Source: Sedimentisphaeraceae bacterium JB056
Lineage (GTDB): Bacteria; Planctomycetota; Phycisphaerae; Sedimentisphaerales; Sedimentisphaeraceae
Direction of reading: 5' to 3'
DNA: 64,000 nucleotides
Assembly: GCA_044440125.1 (NCBI GenBank)
Contig: JBITAJ010000027.1
Coordinates: forward strand, 1-64,000
Within the stretch, counting starts at the first letter, position 1. The number at the start of each line of letters is the position of its first letter. Shown in pieces: positions 9,205 to 20,031 of this stretch. The notes beneath the pieces are model-generated. The model did no database searches and had not been told where the DNA came from. It saw only the letters and a program-made list of their open reading frames with translations. The position numbers and the translations under genes were made by a program.

Positions 9205-10548
9205 ATGGCGATCTTCGCTTATCAAAAATGTATTAATCCCGATTGCGGGGCCGAGTTCGATCGTAAGGATTCTTTTTTTAAGTGTCCAAAGTGCGGTGAT
9301 CTTCTGGATATCCTTTATGATTGGGATAAAATGGAATTGCCGTCAAAGATGAGCGATTTCGGGAAAAGATGGGCTACAAGAAACAACAGGCTTGATTTTT
9401 CAGGTGTCTGGCGTTTTCGTGACATGCTCAATTTCTGCGAAGATGAATACAAGGTAAGTGTAGGCGAGGGCCAGACAATCCTGCAGCAGAATGACATGCT
9501 TGCGGAGTTTATCGGTATGGATAAGGGCTCGCTGCATTTGCAGTATGAGGGGCTCAATCCTTCCGGATCATTCAAGGATAATGGTATGACAGCGGCTTTC
9601 AGCCACGCTATGATGGTTGGAGCCAAAAGCTGTGCCTGTGCTTCAACTGGAAACACTTCTGCGGCAGTAGCTCTTTATGCCCATAGCTGCGGTATCAAGT
9701 GTACTGTTTTTATAGGTTCAGGACGTATAGCATTCGGAAAGCTCAGTCAGGCGATGGATTACGGTGCACAGACGATTCAGATACAGGGCGATTTTGATGA
9801 TTGCATGAAGCAGGTGCAGGATGTTTGTACGAATTTGAATATCTATCTGCTCAATTCGTTAAATCCTTTCCGTCTTGAAGGTCAGAAGACGATCATGTAC
9901 AGGATTATTGAGGGGCTCAACTGGCAAGTACCTGACTGGATCATCGTTCCCGGCGGAAATCTTGGTAATTCCAGTGCATTCGGCAAGGCCTTTATGGAGC
10001 TCAAAGAGCTTGGGCTTATAGATAAAGTTCCTCAGCTTGCGATCATAAATGCAAGCGGTGCCGATACTTTCACTTATCTCTACGATAAGCGTAAACTGCG
10101 TTGGAATGAAGGCAATGTCGACATGAAAGAGGTCAATGCATTGTACTCAGACTTTACGGCAAGGCAGTTCTCGCCGCATACGATAGCGTCTGCTATAGAG
10201 ATATCACGTCCTGTGAACCTCAAGAAGTGTCTGAGGGCGATGGATGTCTGCGGCGGCGTGGTTATGGATGTGCCGGATTCAGAAATCAAGGATTGCAAAG
10301 CACTTATAGGTAAGTATGGTCTTGGCTGCGAGCCGGCATCAGCGGCAACTATCGCAGGCCTGAGGCATCTGCTCGAGAACGGTACGATTGACAAGTCTCA
10401 GAAGGTTGCTTGTGTTCTTACCGGACACGTCCTTAAGGACCCGGATCTTACTGTTGGTTACCATAAAAACGGTGAAGGTGAATTTAGTAATCCGCCGATA
10501 GAGTCAGCAAACGATCTGGATGAAATCATCAAGAAAATGACTGATTGA
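9205..10548 (+). CDS. thrC: Threonine synthase
   Basis: NPSGSFKDNG PLP lysine motif, ASTGNTS, VPGGNLGN, CEPASAA; N-terminal zinc ribbon. Confidence 0.93.
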   Translation: MAIFAYQKCINPDCGAEFDRKDSFFKCPKCGDLLDILYDWDKMELPSKMSDFGKRWATRNNRLDFSGVWRFRDMLNFCEDEYKVSVGEGQTILQQNDMLAEFIGMDKGSLHLQYEGLNPSGSFKDNGMTAAFSHAMMVGAKSCACASTGNTSAAVALYAHSCGIKCTVFIGSGRIAFGKLSQAMDYGAQTIQIQGDFDDCMKQVQDVCTNLNIYLLNSLNPFRLEGQKTIMYRIIEGLNWQVPDWIIVPGGNLGNSSAFGKAFMELKELGLIDKVPQLAIINASGADTFTYLYDKRKLRWNEGNVDMKEVNALYSDFTARQFSPHTIASAIEISRPVNLKKCLRAMDVCGGVVMDVPDSEIKDCKALIGKYGLGCEPASAATIAGLRHLLENGTIDKSQKVACVLTGHVLKDPDLTVGYHKNGEGEFSNPPIESANDLDEIIKKMTD

Positions 10549-10709
10549 TAGCGGTTTTTAGTGCTCAAACCTTTAAAAATAAGGTTTATATAGCTCTTTG
10601 GCGTAAAAAAAGTAGAAAAATACTTGAAAAAAAGACTGATTCTTGTATAAATATACGCCTTCGTTTATAAATTTCAGGTTAACTGTTAATAATTTTTAAG
10701 AGGAATTTA

Positions 10710-10886
10710 ATGATTAAAGTTAAGTCAAGGGCAGGCGAGTCTGTCCAGCAGATGGTAAAACGCTTCAAAAAGATGTGCGAAAAAGAAGGTCTTATCCGTG
10801 ATATGAAGCGTAATAGCTTTTTCGAAAAAGGTTCTGAAAAGAATCGTCGTCGCAGACGTAAAAAAACTCATCTCCCGATGCGCTGA
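10710..10886 (+). CDS. rpsU: 30S ribosomal protein S21 (58 aa, below the ORF-track cutoff)
   Basis: MIKVKSRAGESVQQMVKRFKKMCEKEGLIRDMKRNSFFEKGSEKNRRRRRKKTHLPMR*; GAGGA RBS. Confidence 0.92.
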   Translation: MIKVKSRAGESVQQMVKRFKKMCEKEGLIRDMKRNSFFEKGSEKNRRRRRKKTHLPMR

Positions 10887-10912
10887 TATCGGTTTGAAAT
10901 ATACGAAATGCT

Positions 10913-10948
10913 GGGTCAGCGGTATTATTATCACTGGCCCGTTTTTTT
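10913..10948 (+). terminator. Intrinsic terminator after rpsU
   Basis: gggtcagcggta/tatcactggccc stem followed by T7. Confidence 0.7.
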
Positions 10949-10983
10949 ATGCGCAGAATTTGAACAAAGAATGATTTCCTATT

Positions 10984-11274
10984 TTGTTCAGTTTTAAGAA
11001 AGCTTTGATTATGAGGCATGGTGGTGTGAAAAAAATGTTACTGCTTTCGATAGCCATGTTTATAAGTGGCTATTTAACAGCTGTTTGCATGCTGAACCCT
11101 GATTCCTTAAATTCCAGTGAGGATGATGTGAATTACGGTCAGAAGCTTGAGGGGATCACTACACAGGTTAAGGATGTGGTTAAGGAGCGTGGGGCGGCTG
11201 CTTATGCGGAGATATCCGAGTTTCTTTCTTCATTGAAGGACGATGACCAGGGTCAAGAGGATAGCGGAAATTAA
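10984..11274 (+). CDS. Small membrane-anchored hypothetical protein
   Basis: One N-terminal hydrophobic helix; true start probably near 11026-11035. Confidence 0.55.
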   Translation: MFSFKKALIMRHGGVKKMLLLSIAMFISGYLTAVCMLNPDSLNSSEDDVNYGQKLEGITTQVKDVVKERGAAAYAEISEFLSSLKDDDQGQEDSGN

Positions 11275-11287
11275 TTGCTAAACGCCT

Positions 11288-11317
11288 TACATTTTTGTAT
11301 AAACATACAAAAATGTA
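11288..11317. promoter_or_regulatory. Perfect 13-bp inverted repeat, candidate enhancer-binding-protein site upstream of gltB
   Basis: tacatttttgtat-aaac-atacaaaaatgta, about 190 bp upstream of the sigma54 motif. Confidence 0.5.
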
Positions 11318-11506
11318 TTTCTGTCTCGGCTTGAGTTTACAATTTTGTTCTTTTAATTCATTAATTACCAGTTTCTTCGTTCAGGTCAAAGTTAATTTGA
11401 AATATTCGTTTAATGCATTAAAAATGCGTATATAAAGAATTTTAAGACTTTTTAAGCTTAATTGCTACGAAATTATATATAGATATCCCGGTGTTCTGAT
11501 GCTTGA

Positions 11507-11522
11507 TGGCATGATTATTGCT
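11507..11522 (+). promoter_or_regulatory. Sigma54 (-24/-12) promoter of gltBD
   Basis: TGGCATGATTATTGCT fits TGGCA-N6-TTGC with exact GG-N10-GC spacing. Confidence 0.75.
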
Positions 11523-11608
11523 TTACGTATCAGGCTATAGAATTTTGGGTTACTATAGATTAAGTAATATTCAACATTTAAATTAGTTTTAATCAGGACT
11601 GATAAAAT

Positions 11609-14600
11609 ATGAGACGAGCTCCCAAAGACGTGGGTTTATACCAATCCAGATACGAGCACGATGCCTGCGGTGTCGGTGCAGTTGCGAGTATTGATGGAAA
11701 ACGTGAACACAAAATAATAGAATACGCAAAAGAACTGCTTCTCAATCTTCATCATCGAGGAGCTGCCGCGGCTGATGAGATTACAGGCGATGGTGCCGGT
11801 ATTCTTATGCAGGTGCCTTATGACTATTATAAGGCTATAGTGGATTTCAAACTGCCTTCTGCCAAAGATCTTGCTGTAGGTATGCTTTTCCTTCCAAAGG
11901 ATGAGTTTGCCTCTGATCACTGTTGTGATGTTCTGGCCAGATCTCTTGGTCATTACGGTCTTACTGTTTTGGGCTGGCGTGATGTTCCTGTCTGCCGTGA
12001 CAGCCTCGGTCAGATAGCACTTTCAGCGGAACCTGCAGTCAAGCAGGTATTTGTTAATTCTCACGGCCTTGAAACCGCTGAGTTTGAACGCAAGCTTTTC
12101 CTCGCCAGAAGAAGAGCCGAAAACGAATTGAGCAAAGAGATCAGTGATAAGTATGAAGATTTCTATGTATGTTCTTTGTCATCAAAGACCATATGTTATA
12201 AGGGAATGTTCATGGCTCATCAGTTGTTCAGCTACTATCCTGAGCTTTCTGATGAAAGACTTGTATCGGCTATTGCACTGGTTCACCAGCGTTACAGTAC
12301 GAACACTTTCCCAAGCTGGCCTCTTGCACAGCCTTTCCGTTGTGTTGCTCATAATGGTGAGATAAATACACTCAACGGCAACAGGAATAATATGAAAGCC
12401 AGAGAGGCGATGATGTCTTCTGAGCTTTTCGGTAATGACATAAAAGATTTATTCCCGACTCTAAGTGCCAGCGGAAGTGACTCGGCTACTTTCGATAATT
12501 GTCTTGAACTGCTTCACCATGGCGGCAGAAGTTATCCTCATTCTCTGATGATGATGATTCCTGAAGCATTCGGAAGCCGTTATTACATGAGTACGGATAA
12601 GAGAGCCTTTTATGAGTATCACGCTTCAGTGATGGAGCCGTGGGATGGTCCGGCCGCTATGCTCTTCACTGATGGAGAGTGCCTCGGCGGTACGCTTGAC
12701 AGAAACGGTCTTCGTCCTTGTCGCTACGTTGTTACTGATGACAATATTGCTGTAGTGGCAAGTGAAGTTGGCGTCATTAACTTCCCACCTGAAAAGATAA
12801 GGGTTAAGGGACGTCTGCAGCCGGGAAAAATGTTCCTTGTTGATACGATTGAAAAGAGAATGATAACCGATAACGAGGTTAAGAGTAAGATATCTCGTTC
12901 AAAGCCTTACAGAAGATGGCTTGCGGAAAACAGAATCGAACTCCGCGGTCTTTTCGAATCTTCTGCGATTTCTCCTCTCTCACCTGAAGAAGCTTACAGG
13001 TTGATGAGGTGTTTCGGTTACAATCGTGAAGAACTCAAGATGATACTTAGCCCGATGGCTGTAAATGGTCAGGAGCCGATCGGCTCTATGGGTAACGATG
13101 CGGCATTAGCCGTGTTGTCAGATCAGTCAAAGAGTTTGTTCAATTATTTCAAGCAGATGTTTGCTCAGGTAACAAATCCTCCTATCGATCCGATCAGGGA
13201 AGGTTTGGTAATGTCTCTTATGCAGTATGTCGGAAGAAAGAAAAATCTTCTTGAAGAAACTGCAGACCACTGCAAGCAGCTCAGACTTCAGCATCCATTC
13301 CTGACTAATGATGATATTGATCGTCTGAGGAATTCACGCCTTGATGATTTCAAGGTTGCTACTATTGATTCTGTATTTGATGCCACAACAGATGATCCTG
13401 AAAAGGCACTGAAAGACGCAGTCGATAAGCTTATACAAGATGCTATTGATGCAATTAAGCACAAAGATGCTTCTATTATAATAATAAGTGATAAGAGTGT
13501 TGATGAGACAAAAGCTCCTATCCCAGCCTTACTGGCAGTATCGGCTGTTAATCATGGTCTTCTCAACGCAAACTTAAGAGGAATGGCCGGGCTTATACTT
13601 GAAAGTGGTGAGCCGCGTGAGGTCAATCATTTCTGTCTGCTTTGCGGGTTTGGTGTTGATGCGGTCAATCCGTATCTGATGATAAATGCAGTTGGTGAAC
13701 TGCAGCGTAGAGGTGAAATAGACAAGTCCATAACAAGTGAGCATCTGATTGATAATCTCATCAATGCAGTTAAAAAGGGTATGCTCAAGACCATGAGTAA
13801 GATGGGTATCTCTACTCTTAGAAGTTACCACAGTGCTCAGCTTTTCGAGGCAATTGGTCTTAACAAAGAGTTTGTTGATGCATATTTCACCGGAACTTCC
13901 ACAAGAATCGCCGGTGTCGGTATCAAAGAGCTTGCCAAAGAAGCCCTTGCAAGACATTATGAAGCTTATCATCATGATGAGTCTGAGCCTGATCTTGACT
14001 TCGGCGGTGAATATCACTACCGTCTCAAAGGTGAGAAACATATGTGGACACCTGCGGCAGTTGCAAGACTTCAGCATGCCGTTCAGAATAATGACGCGGC
14101 TGCCTATGATGACTTCAGCAAGGAGATCAACAGCAAAGACAGAAACCTTTGCATGCTGAGAGCATTGTTTGATTTCGTACCAGGCAAGAGCGTTGATATT
14201 TCCGAGGTTGAATCGGCTGAGGATATTGTCAAGCGTTTCTGTACCGGTGCAATGAGTCACGGTTCTATAAGCCGTGAAGCTCATGAGTGTATGGCTATCG
14301 CAATGAACAGAATCGGTGCGATGAGTAATACCGGTGAGGGCGGTGAAAATGCTGCCAGATATATCAAAGAGCCTAACGGCGATGATAAAAACTGTGCTAT
14401 AAAGCAGGTTGCCAGTGGACGATTTGGTGTTACAATCAATTATCTTTCACATGCTAAAGAGATACAGATTAAGATGGCTCAGGGTGCAAAACCTGGCGAG
14501 GGTGGACATCTTCCGGGTAAGAAGGTTACCGAAGAAGTTGCCAAGATGCGTTATTCAACGCCTGGAGTATCTTTGATATCTCCTCCTCCTCACCATGATA

Positions 14601-16153
14601 TTTATTCTATTGAGGATCTTGCCCAGCTTATATACGACCTTAAGTGCAGTAATCCTGGTGTCAAAGTATCTGTTAAGCTTGTTTCAGAAATCGGCGTAGG
14701 TACTATCGCAGCGGGTGTTGCAAAGGGTAATGCTGATGAGGTTCTTATCAGTGGCGGTGACGGCGGCAGCGGTGCTACTCCACTGTCTTCAATTAAGCAT
14801 GCCGGCGGCCCATGGGAGCTTGGTCTTGCTGAGACGCAGCAGGTTCTTATCCTCAACGGCCTTCGTGACAGAATCAGGGTTCAGACTGATGGTCAGCTCC
14901 GTACTGGTAGGGACGTAGTTGTCGGTGCACTTCTCGGTGCTGAGCAATTCGGCTTCGGAACCAGCGCTCTTGTCGCTCTTGGATGCGTTCTTATGAGAAA
15001 GTGTCATCTTGGAACATGTCCGGCGGGTATCGCTACTCAAAATCCTGAGCTTCGCAATTGCTTCATTGGTAAGCCTGAACATCTTACACGTTATATGATG
15101 TTTGTGGCAGAGGAAGTAAGACAGATAATGGCAGAGCTTGGATTTAAGAAATTCGAAGATATGGTTGGACGCAGCGACAGACTCGAAATGTCAAAAGCTG
15201 TAAACCATTGGAAGGCCAAAGGTCTTGATCTTAGTCCTATGCTTTATCAGCCTGAACTTCAGGATGGCTGCGGCAGATCGCTAAAACGCGAGCAGGTCAA
15301 CAAACTCGAAGATCACATTGACTGGAAGATAATAGAGGCGGTTAAAGAATCTATTGAAACCGGTAAGAAGATAACTGCTCAGTTTGATGTTCGAAACCAA
15401 AACAGAACACTTGGTACAATTCTGAGTAATGCTGTTGTCAGGAAATACGGTCTTGAAGGGCTTCCTGATGATACAATTAATATAGAACTTTATGGTTCAG
15501 CCGGACAGAGTTTTGGAGCTTTCCTTTCAAAAGGTGTTACTCTAAGACTGTTTGGTGATACAAACGATTATCTTGGTAAAGGACTCTCCGGCGGACGCAT
15601 AATCGTTAAAGTTCCTGAGGAATCAAGCTTTATTCCACATGAGAATATAATCGTAGGTAACACACTTCTTTACGGTGCGACAAGTGGTGAAGTATTCATC
15701 AATGGTGTTGCCGGTGAAAGATTTGCCGTTCGTAACAGTGGTGCGGTAGCCGTTGTGGAAGGTGTGGGCGATCACGGTTGTGAATATATGACAAATGGAA
15801 CTGTCGTGGTTCTTGGCAAGACAGGCCTGAACTTTGCGGCCGGTATGAGCGGTGGTATCGCTTATGTGTTTGATGAGTTCCAGCTCTTTGATACCTTGTG
15901 TAATCTTGATATGGTAGACCTTGAGTCTGTATGGCACGATGAAGACAAAGAACTTCTTCACAGCCTCATACAGAAGCATTACGATGAAACTGGTTCCAAG
16001 AGAGCAAAATGGATACTTGATTCATGGTCAAATATGGTCGGACGTTTTGTAAAGGTTATGCCGGTAGATTACCGTAAGGCTCTTGAGAGAATAAAGAACA
16101 AAGAATTAAGTAAAACTGATAACGCTCCTGCTACAGAGGAGGTATATAAATAA
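11609..16153 (+). CDS. gltB: Glutamate synthase large subunit
   Basis: EHDACGVG, HQRYSTNT, IKMAQGAKPGEGG, CHLGTCPAGIATQ motifs; 1514 aa. Confidence 0.98.
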   Translation: MRRAPKDVGLYQSRYEHDACGVGAVASIDGKREHKIIEYAKELLLNLHHRGAAAADEITGDGAGILMQVPYDYYKAIVDFKLPSAKDLAVGMLFLPKDEFASDHCCDVLARSLGHYGLTVLGWRDVPVCRDSLGQIALSAEPAVKQVFVNSHGLETAEFERKLFLARRRAENELSKEISDKYEDFYVCSLSSKTICYKGMFMAHQLFSYYPELSDERLVSAIALVHQRYSTNTFPSWPLAQPFRCVAHNGEINTLNGNRNNMKAREAMMSSELFGNDIKDLFPTLSASGSDSATFDNCLELLHHGGRSYPHSLMMMIPEAFGSRYYMSTDKRAFYEYHASVMEPWDGPAAMLFTDGECLGGTLDRNGLRPCRYVVTDDNIAVVASEVGVINFPPEKIRVKGRLQPGKMFLVDTIEKRMITDNEVKSKISRSKPYRRWLAENRIELRGLFESSAISPLSPEEAYRLMRCFGYNREELKMILSPMAVNGQEPIGSMGNDAALAVLSDQSKSLFNYFKQMFAQVTNPPIDPIREGLVMSLMQYVGRKKNLLEETADHCKQLRLQHPFLTNDDIDRLRNSRLDDFKVATIDSVFDATTDDPEKALKDAVDKLIQDAIDAIKHKDASIIIISDKSVDETKAPIPALLAVSAVNHGLLNANLRGMAGLILESGEPREVNHFCLLCGFGVDAVNPYLMINAVGELQRRGEIDKSITSEHLIDNLINAVKKGMLKTMSKMGISTLRSYHSAQLFEAIGLNKEFVDAYFTGTSTRIAGVGIKELAKEALARHYEAYHHDESEPDLDFGGEYHYRLKGEKHMWTPAAVARLQHAVQNNDAAAYDDFSKEINSKDRNLCMLRALFDFVPGKSVDISEVESAEDIVKRFCTGAMSHGSISREAHECMAIAMNRIGAMSNTGEGGENAARYIKEPNGDDKNCAIKQVASGRFGVTINYLSHAKEIQIKMAQGAKPGEGGHLPGKKVTEEVAKMRYSTPGVSLISPPPHHDIYSIEDLAQLIYDLKCSNPGVKVSVKLVSEIGVGTIAAGVAKGNADEVLISGGDGGSGATPLSSIKHAGGPWELGLAETQQVLILNGLRDRIRVQTDGQLRTGRDVVVGALLGAEQFGFGTSALVALGCVLMRKCHLGTCPAGIATQNPELRNCFIGKPEHLTRYMMFVAEEVRQIMAELGFKKFEDMVGRSDRLEMSKAVNHWKAKGLDLSPMLYQPELQDGCGRSLKREQVNKLEDHIDWKIIEAVKESIETGKKITAQFDVRNQNRTLGTILSNAVVRKYGLEGLPDDTINIELYGSAGQSFGAFLSKGVTLRLFGDTNDYLGKGLSGGRIIVKVPEESSFIPHENIIVGNTLLYGATSGEVFINGVAGERFAVRNSGAVAVVEGVGDHGCEYMTNGTVVVLGKTGLNFAAGMSGGIAYVFDEFQLFDTLCNLDMVDLESVWHDEDKELLHSLIQKHYDETGSKRAKWILDSWSNMVGRFVKVMPVDYRKALERIKNKELSKTDNAPATEEVYK

Positions 16154-16226
16154 TGAGTCAGTTCCGAAAAAACATTCAGGTGGTTATAAATGATAGAAAA
16201 CCTGCCAAATGGGAGGTGTGCAAATA

Positions 16227-17639
16227 ATGGGTAAGCCAACAGGATTTTTAGAATATAAACGTCAAGACGAAGGTCACAGACCTGTCAAAGAACGTGTTAA
16301 AGATTTTAACGAAATGATGCTTCCGCTTTCTCCTGATCAGATTCGTCTTCAGGCGGCAAGATGTATGGATTGCGGTGTACCGTTTTGTCATGGATGCGGT
16401 TGTCCTCTTGGTAATCGTATTCCTGAATTCAACGACTACGTATACAATAATCAATGGGAAGATGCCTGCAAAGTATTGCACAGCACTAACAACTTCCCTG
16501 AGATAACAGGAAGGGTATGCCCCGCATTATGTGAGGCTGCTTGTACTCTTGGAATACATGATGATCCTGTGACTATCAGGCACATTGAGTATCAGGTTGT
16601 CGAAAAGGGCTGGGAAATGGGCTGGATAAAGCCTATGATACCGGCAGCGAGAACGGGTAAGACAGTTGCGGTTGTAGGATCAGGTCCTGCAGGATTGGCG
16701 GCCGCTCAGCAGCTCGCACGCAAAGGTCATGATGTTACCGTTTTTGAGAAAGAGGACGGCCCAGGCGGTCTGCTCAGATACGGCATCCCGAACTTCAAGC
16801 TTGATAAGGGCGTGATAGACAGACGCGTTGAGCAAATGATTGAAGAGGGTGTCGATTTCCAGACAGGTACTAATGTCGGTGTTGATATCACTGGTGAATA
16901 TCTTGCCAAGCGTTACGATGCTGTTTGTATGACAATGGGTGCCGGTGTTCCACGCGATCTTCAAGTTCCGGGACGTGAGCTTGATGGCGTTCATTTTGCT
17001 ATGGACTTCCTTTCACAGCAGAATAAGATTGTTTGCGGTGAATCGCTTGATCACCAGCAGATATCTGCTAAAGGCAAGACTGTTGTAGTTATAGGCGGTG
17101 GTGATACAGGTAGTGACTGTGTTGGTACATCCAACCGTCATGGTGCTGAAAAGATATACCAGTTTGAAATACTTCCGCAGCCTCCGAAATCAAGACCTTC
17201 ACATACACCTTGGCCTATGTGGCCTCAGATAATGAGGACATCAACTTCTCAGGTTGAGGGTTGTGAGAGAAAATGGTGTGTTTCCACCAAGGAGATCATC
17301 GGCAAGGATAAGGTTGAAGCTATCAAGTGTGTCGAGGTCCAGTGGGACAAAGATGAAAAAGGCAACTGGAAGATGACTGAGACCAAAGAGTTCGAAGTCA
17401 AGGCCGACCTTGTCTTGCTGGCTATGGGATTCCTGCACGTTGATCATACAGGAATGGTTGAACAGCTCGGACTTGAGGTTGATGGACGCGGTAATGTGGT
17501 AACTAACGATTATCAGACCAGTTGTGAAGGCGTTTTTGCTTCTGGTGATACCGTATCAGGTGCATCATTGGTAGTTAGAGCTATCAATTCAGGTCGTGAG
17601 ATGGCTCAAGCCGTTGATAAATGGCTTGCCGGAAAATGA
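16227..17639 (+). CDS. gltD: Glutamate synthase small subunit
   Basis: MGKPTGF start after GGAGG; RCMDCGVPFC, GSGPAG, IGGGDTGSDC. Confidence 0.96.
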   Translation: MGKPTGFLEYKRQDEGHRPVKERVKDFNEMMLPLSPDQIRLQAARCMDCGVPFCHGCGCPLGNRIPEFNDYVYNNQWEDACKVLHSTNNFPEITGRVCPALCEAACTLGIHDDPVTIRHIEYQVVEKGWEMGWIKPMIPAARTGKTVAVVGSGPAGLAAAQQLARKGHDVTVFEKEDGPGGLLRYGIPNFKLDKGVIDRRVEQMIEEGVDFQTGTNVGVDITGEYLAKRYDAVCMTMGAGVPRDLQVPGRELDGVHFAMDFLSQQNKIVCGESLDHQQISAKGKTVVVIGGGDTGSDCVGTSNRHGAEKIYQFEILPQPPKSRPSHTPWPMWPQIMRTSTSQVEGCERKWCVSTKEIIGKDKVEAIKCVEVQWDKDEKGNWKMTETKEFEVKADLVLLAMGFLHVDHTGMVEQLGLEVDGRGNVVTNDYQTSCEGVFASGDTVSGASLVVRAINSGREMAQAVDKWLAGK

Positions 17640-17664
17640 TTCTGTATTCATCTAAGTAGTAATT

Positions 17665-17703
17665 AAAAAATCCCCGAGCAGTTTAGGCTGTTCGGGGATT
17701 TTT
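17665..17703. terminator. Bidirectional intrinsic terminator
   Basis: aaaaaatccccgagcag...ctgttcggggattttt between convergent genes. Confidence 0.85.
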
Positions 17704-17723
17704 GATTTTACAGTCGGCAGTCT

Positions 17724-19712
17724 TTATTTGCTGTAGACCTCAACTTCAGTTGTGAATACGAATCTTGGGTCGTAATTAACCGTTGTGCCATAATGATCCA
17801 GGTAAGCAACTCTTACGTATTTTGCCTTTTGCGGCTTGAAAGAGATCAAAGCCTTTTCGTTTTTCTTAAGGCTGAATTCATACTTGCCTACTGGCTTGAA
17901 GTTTTTGCCGTCAGTGCTGAGTTCTATTTGTACGTTTCTTGTAGAACCGAATGACGGTACGCCGATATAAACCTTGCTTACAGTTACTGTATCCTGAAGA
18001 TCTATAGTCGCATATTTAGGGAAATCGCTTCCTTCATTTGATGCGAAGCAATTCAGTGCATCTTCCGCCCAGCTTCCATTCGTTAAACCTTGCTTCCATG
18101 CAGTACCGTGAGTATTTTCATTGCTGCATGTGTAAGGTTTGTTAAGGGCATAGTTTTTACCGGTTGGCAGGAGACGTGTTTCAATATCACTGCTGAAAGC
18201 AGGTGTCGGCAGGCCTTCGGTGTTCATCAGGTTTGGTGTTGCACCTTTGTCCCAGCCGAGGCGTACTATTTGAGGGTTGGCTACTTCATCAGACCATACG
18301 GTAACAGTGTCTTTGCCTGTTATCTCTGCATTTGCCTTTACGAAATTTTCATCGTCGCCGGCTACTTCGAACCAGTCGGGAGTCTTGCCGTCACGTGTTG
18401 TAAGCCCGCTGCCGCTGTGATCGAATTTAACGACAGCTTTTCCATTTTTGAAAATAGCTTCTTTATATATTGGGCCTGAGTATACAAGATCGGTTTTACC
18501 GTAATCTTTTGCCAGTGCCCAGAGCGACAGACGCTTGCCTACATCCTGCTTGTTTGTAGGATGGATGTTTGTATAGTTTCCTATGTCATTGGTTACAGCC
18601 ATGCCTGTGTTGGGGATTGTAAGCGATTGAAGCTGTGCTTCCCAGACCAGTTGCAGAGATTCTGCCTCACCGTATCTGTATGGTGCCAGGTGGACATAAT
18701 AGAAGGGGAAATCTCCCTGATTCCATATTTCTCTCCAGCCGCCGATAAGTGCCTTTTTCTTTTCAAAGTACAGCATTCCGTCAAGACGATTTGATTCGCC
18801 CTGATACCAGATAGCTCCCTTGATTGTGTATGGTACTATCGGATGGATCATTGCGTTGTAGAGTCCCTGTACGCCGTGATTACCCTGTCTGAGGTTTAAT
18901 TGTATCGCGGGCATGTCATCAACCGCAGTGCCGTTTCTCAGTGCTGCAGAGGCATCCTTTTCCCATGCCTTGACTTTGGTAAGAGCTTCCTGCAATTTCT
19001 TTTTGTATTTACTGCTGCCGGGAGTTTTGGCTTTGACCTCATTGTAGAGAGCGTCAAGCCTGTCCGACTGGTTATAACCTACAGTTGGTATCCAAGCTTC
19101 GATTACAGAACCGCCCCAGGCTGATTCTATCAGGCCGATTGGAATATTGAGTTCTTTATGAAGGCTGCGTCCAAAGAAATAGCCTACAGCGGAAAATCCC
19201 GGGATAGTTTCTGGTGAACATTTTTCCCATTTTGCGTTTACATCGGTCTGTTTATCAGGGCTTGTTGCCTTTGGGATATGGAAAAGACGGATATTAGGAT
19301 AATCGGCATTTGCAATTTCCTCTTCTGAATTATCAGCTCTTGAAACAGACCATTCCATGTTTGACTGACCGCTGCAAAGCCATACTTCGCCGCAAAGGAT
19401 ATCGGTAAGCTCAACAGAAGTGTCGTCGGATTTGTCTTTAACAATCAGGTTGTATGGTCCGCCGGCTCCTTTTGTTTTGAATGCGGCTTTCCATTTGCCG
19501 TCGGCATCGGCCTGTGCTTCTACTGGGTAGACCATGCAGCTGCCGCTGATTGCTACTTTGGCCTTTGGTGATGCCTGTCCCCAGATGTTTACTGTTGTGC
19601 TGCGCTGCAGCACCATGTTGCTGTCGAAAACTGAGGTCAATTCTATTTTTGCTGAAGCAGAGCTGATCAGCAGTGTTAGAGAGACCAATAACGTGCAAAG
19701 CTGTTTTTTCAT
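17724..19712 (-). CDS. Secreted sialate O-acetylesterase-family protein with C-terminal discoidin/F5-8 type C module
   Basis: GEVWLCSGQSNM, WGGSVIEAW, IWYQGESN, IHPTNKQDVG; signal peptide. Confidence 0.9.
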   Translation of the reverse strand: MKKQLCTLLVSLTLLISSASAKIELTSVFDSNMVLQRSTTVNIWGQASPKAKVAISGSCMVYPVEAQADADGKWKAAFKTKGAGGPYNLIVKDKSDDTSVELTDILCGEVWLCSGQSNMEWSVSRADNSEEEIANADYPNIRLFHIPKATSPDKQTDVNAKWEKCSPETIPGFSAVGYFFGRSLHKELNIPIGLIESAWGGSVIEAWIPTVGYNQSDRLDALYNEVKAKTPGSSKYKKKLQEALTKVKAWEKDASAALRNGTAVDDMPAIQLNLRQGNHGVQGLYNAMIHPIVPYTIKGAIWYQGESNRLDGMLYFEKKKALIGGWREIWNQGDFPFYYVHLAPYRYGEAESLQLVWEAQLQSLTIPNTGMAVTNDIGNYTNIHPTNKQDVGKRLSLWALAKDYGKTDLVYSGPIYKEAIFKNGKAVVKFDHSGSGLTTRDGKTPDWFEVAGDDENFVKANAEITGKDTVTVWSDEVANPQIVRLGWDKGATPNLMNTEGLPTPAFSSDIETRLLPTGKNYALNKPYTCSNENTHGTAWKQGLTNGSWAEDALNCFASNEGSDFPKYATIDLQDTVTVSKVYIGVPSFGSTRNVQIELSTDGKNFKPVGKYEFSLKKNEKALISFKPQKAKYVRVAYLDHYGTTVNYDPRFVFTTEVEVYSK

Positions 19713-20031
19713 TTCTTCTTACCTCACTGTCTGAAATAATAAAATTTGATAAATTAGTTTATGATTATATATTCAAATAGGGCAGAATCAATCACTTATT
19801 CATACTTATTCGTAATATGAACACTCTGATTCAAGATTGATTACTCAAATGTCCAGGAACAGGCGGCAAAGACGGGCCGGCATGATCGGTTATTTTGGAC
19901 TTGTATAATCCTGATTTAGATACTATAATGATTTGCAATAATTATAGCAGAGGCTGTTTGAGCGGGTTTATCTATGGTTTGATGAATATGTCCTTTAAGG
20001 AAATCGTCTGATAATGATAGATGACTGAGAA

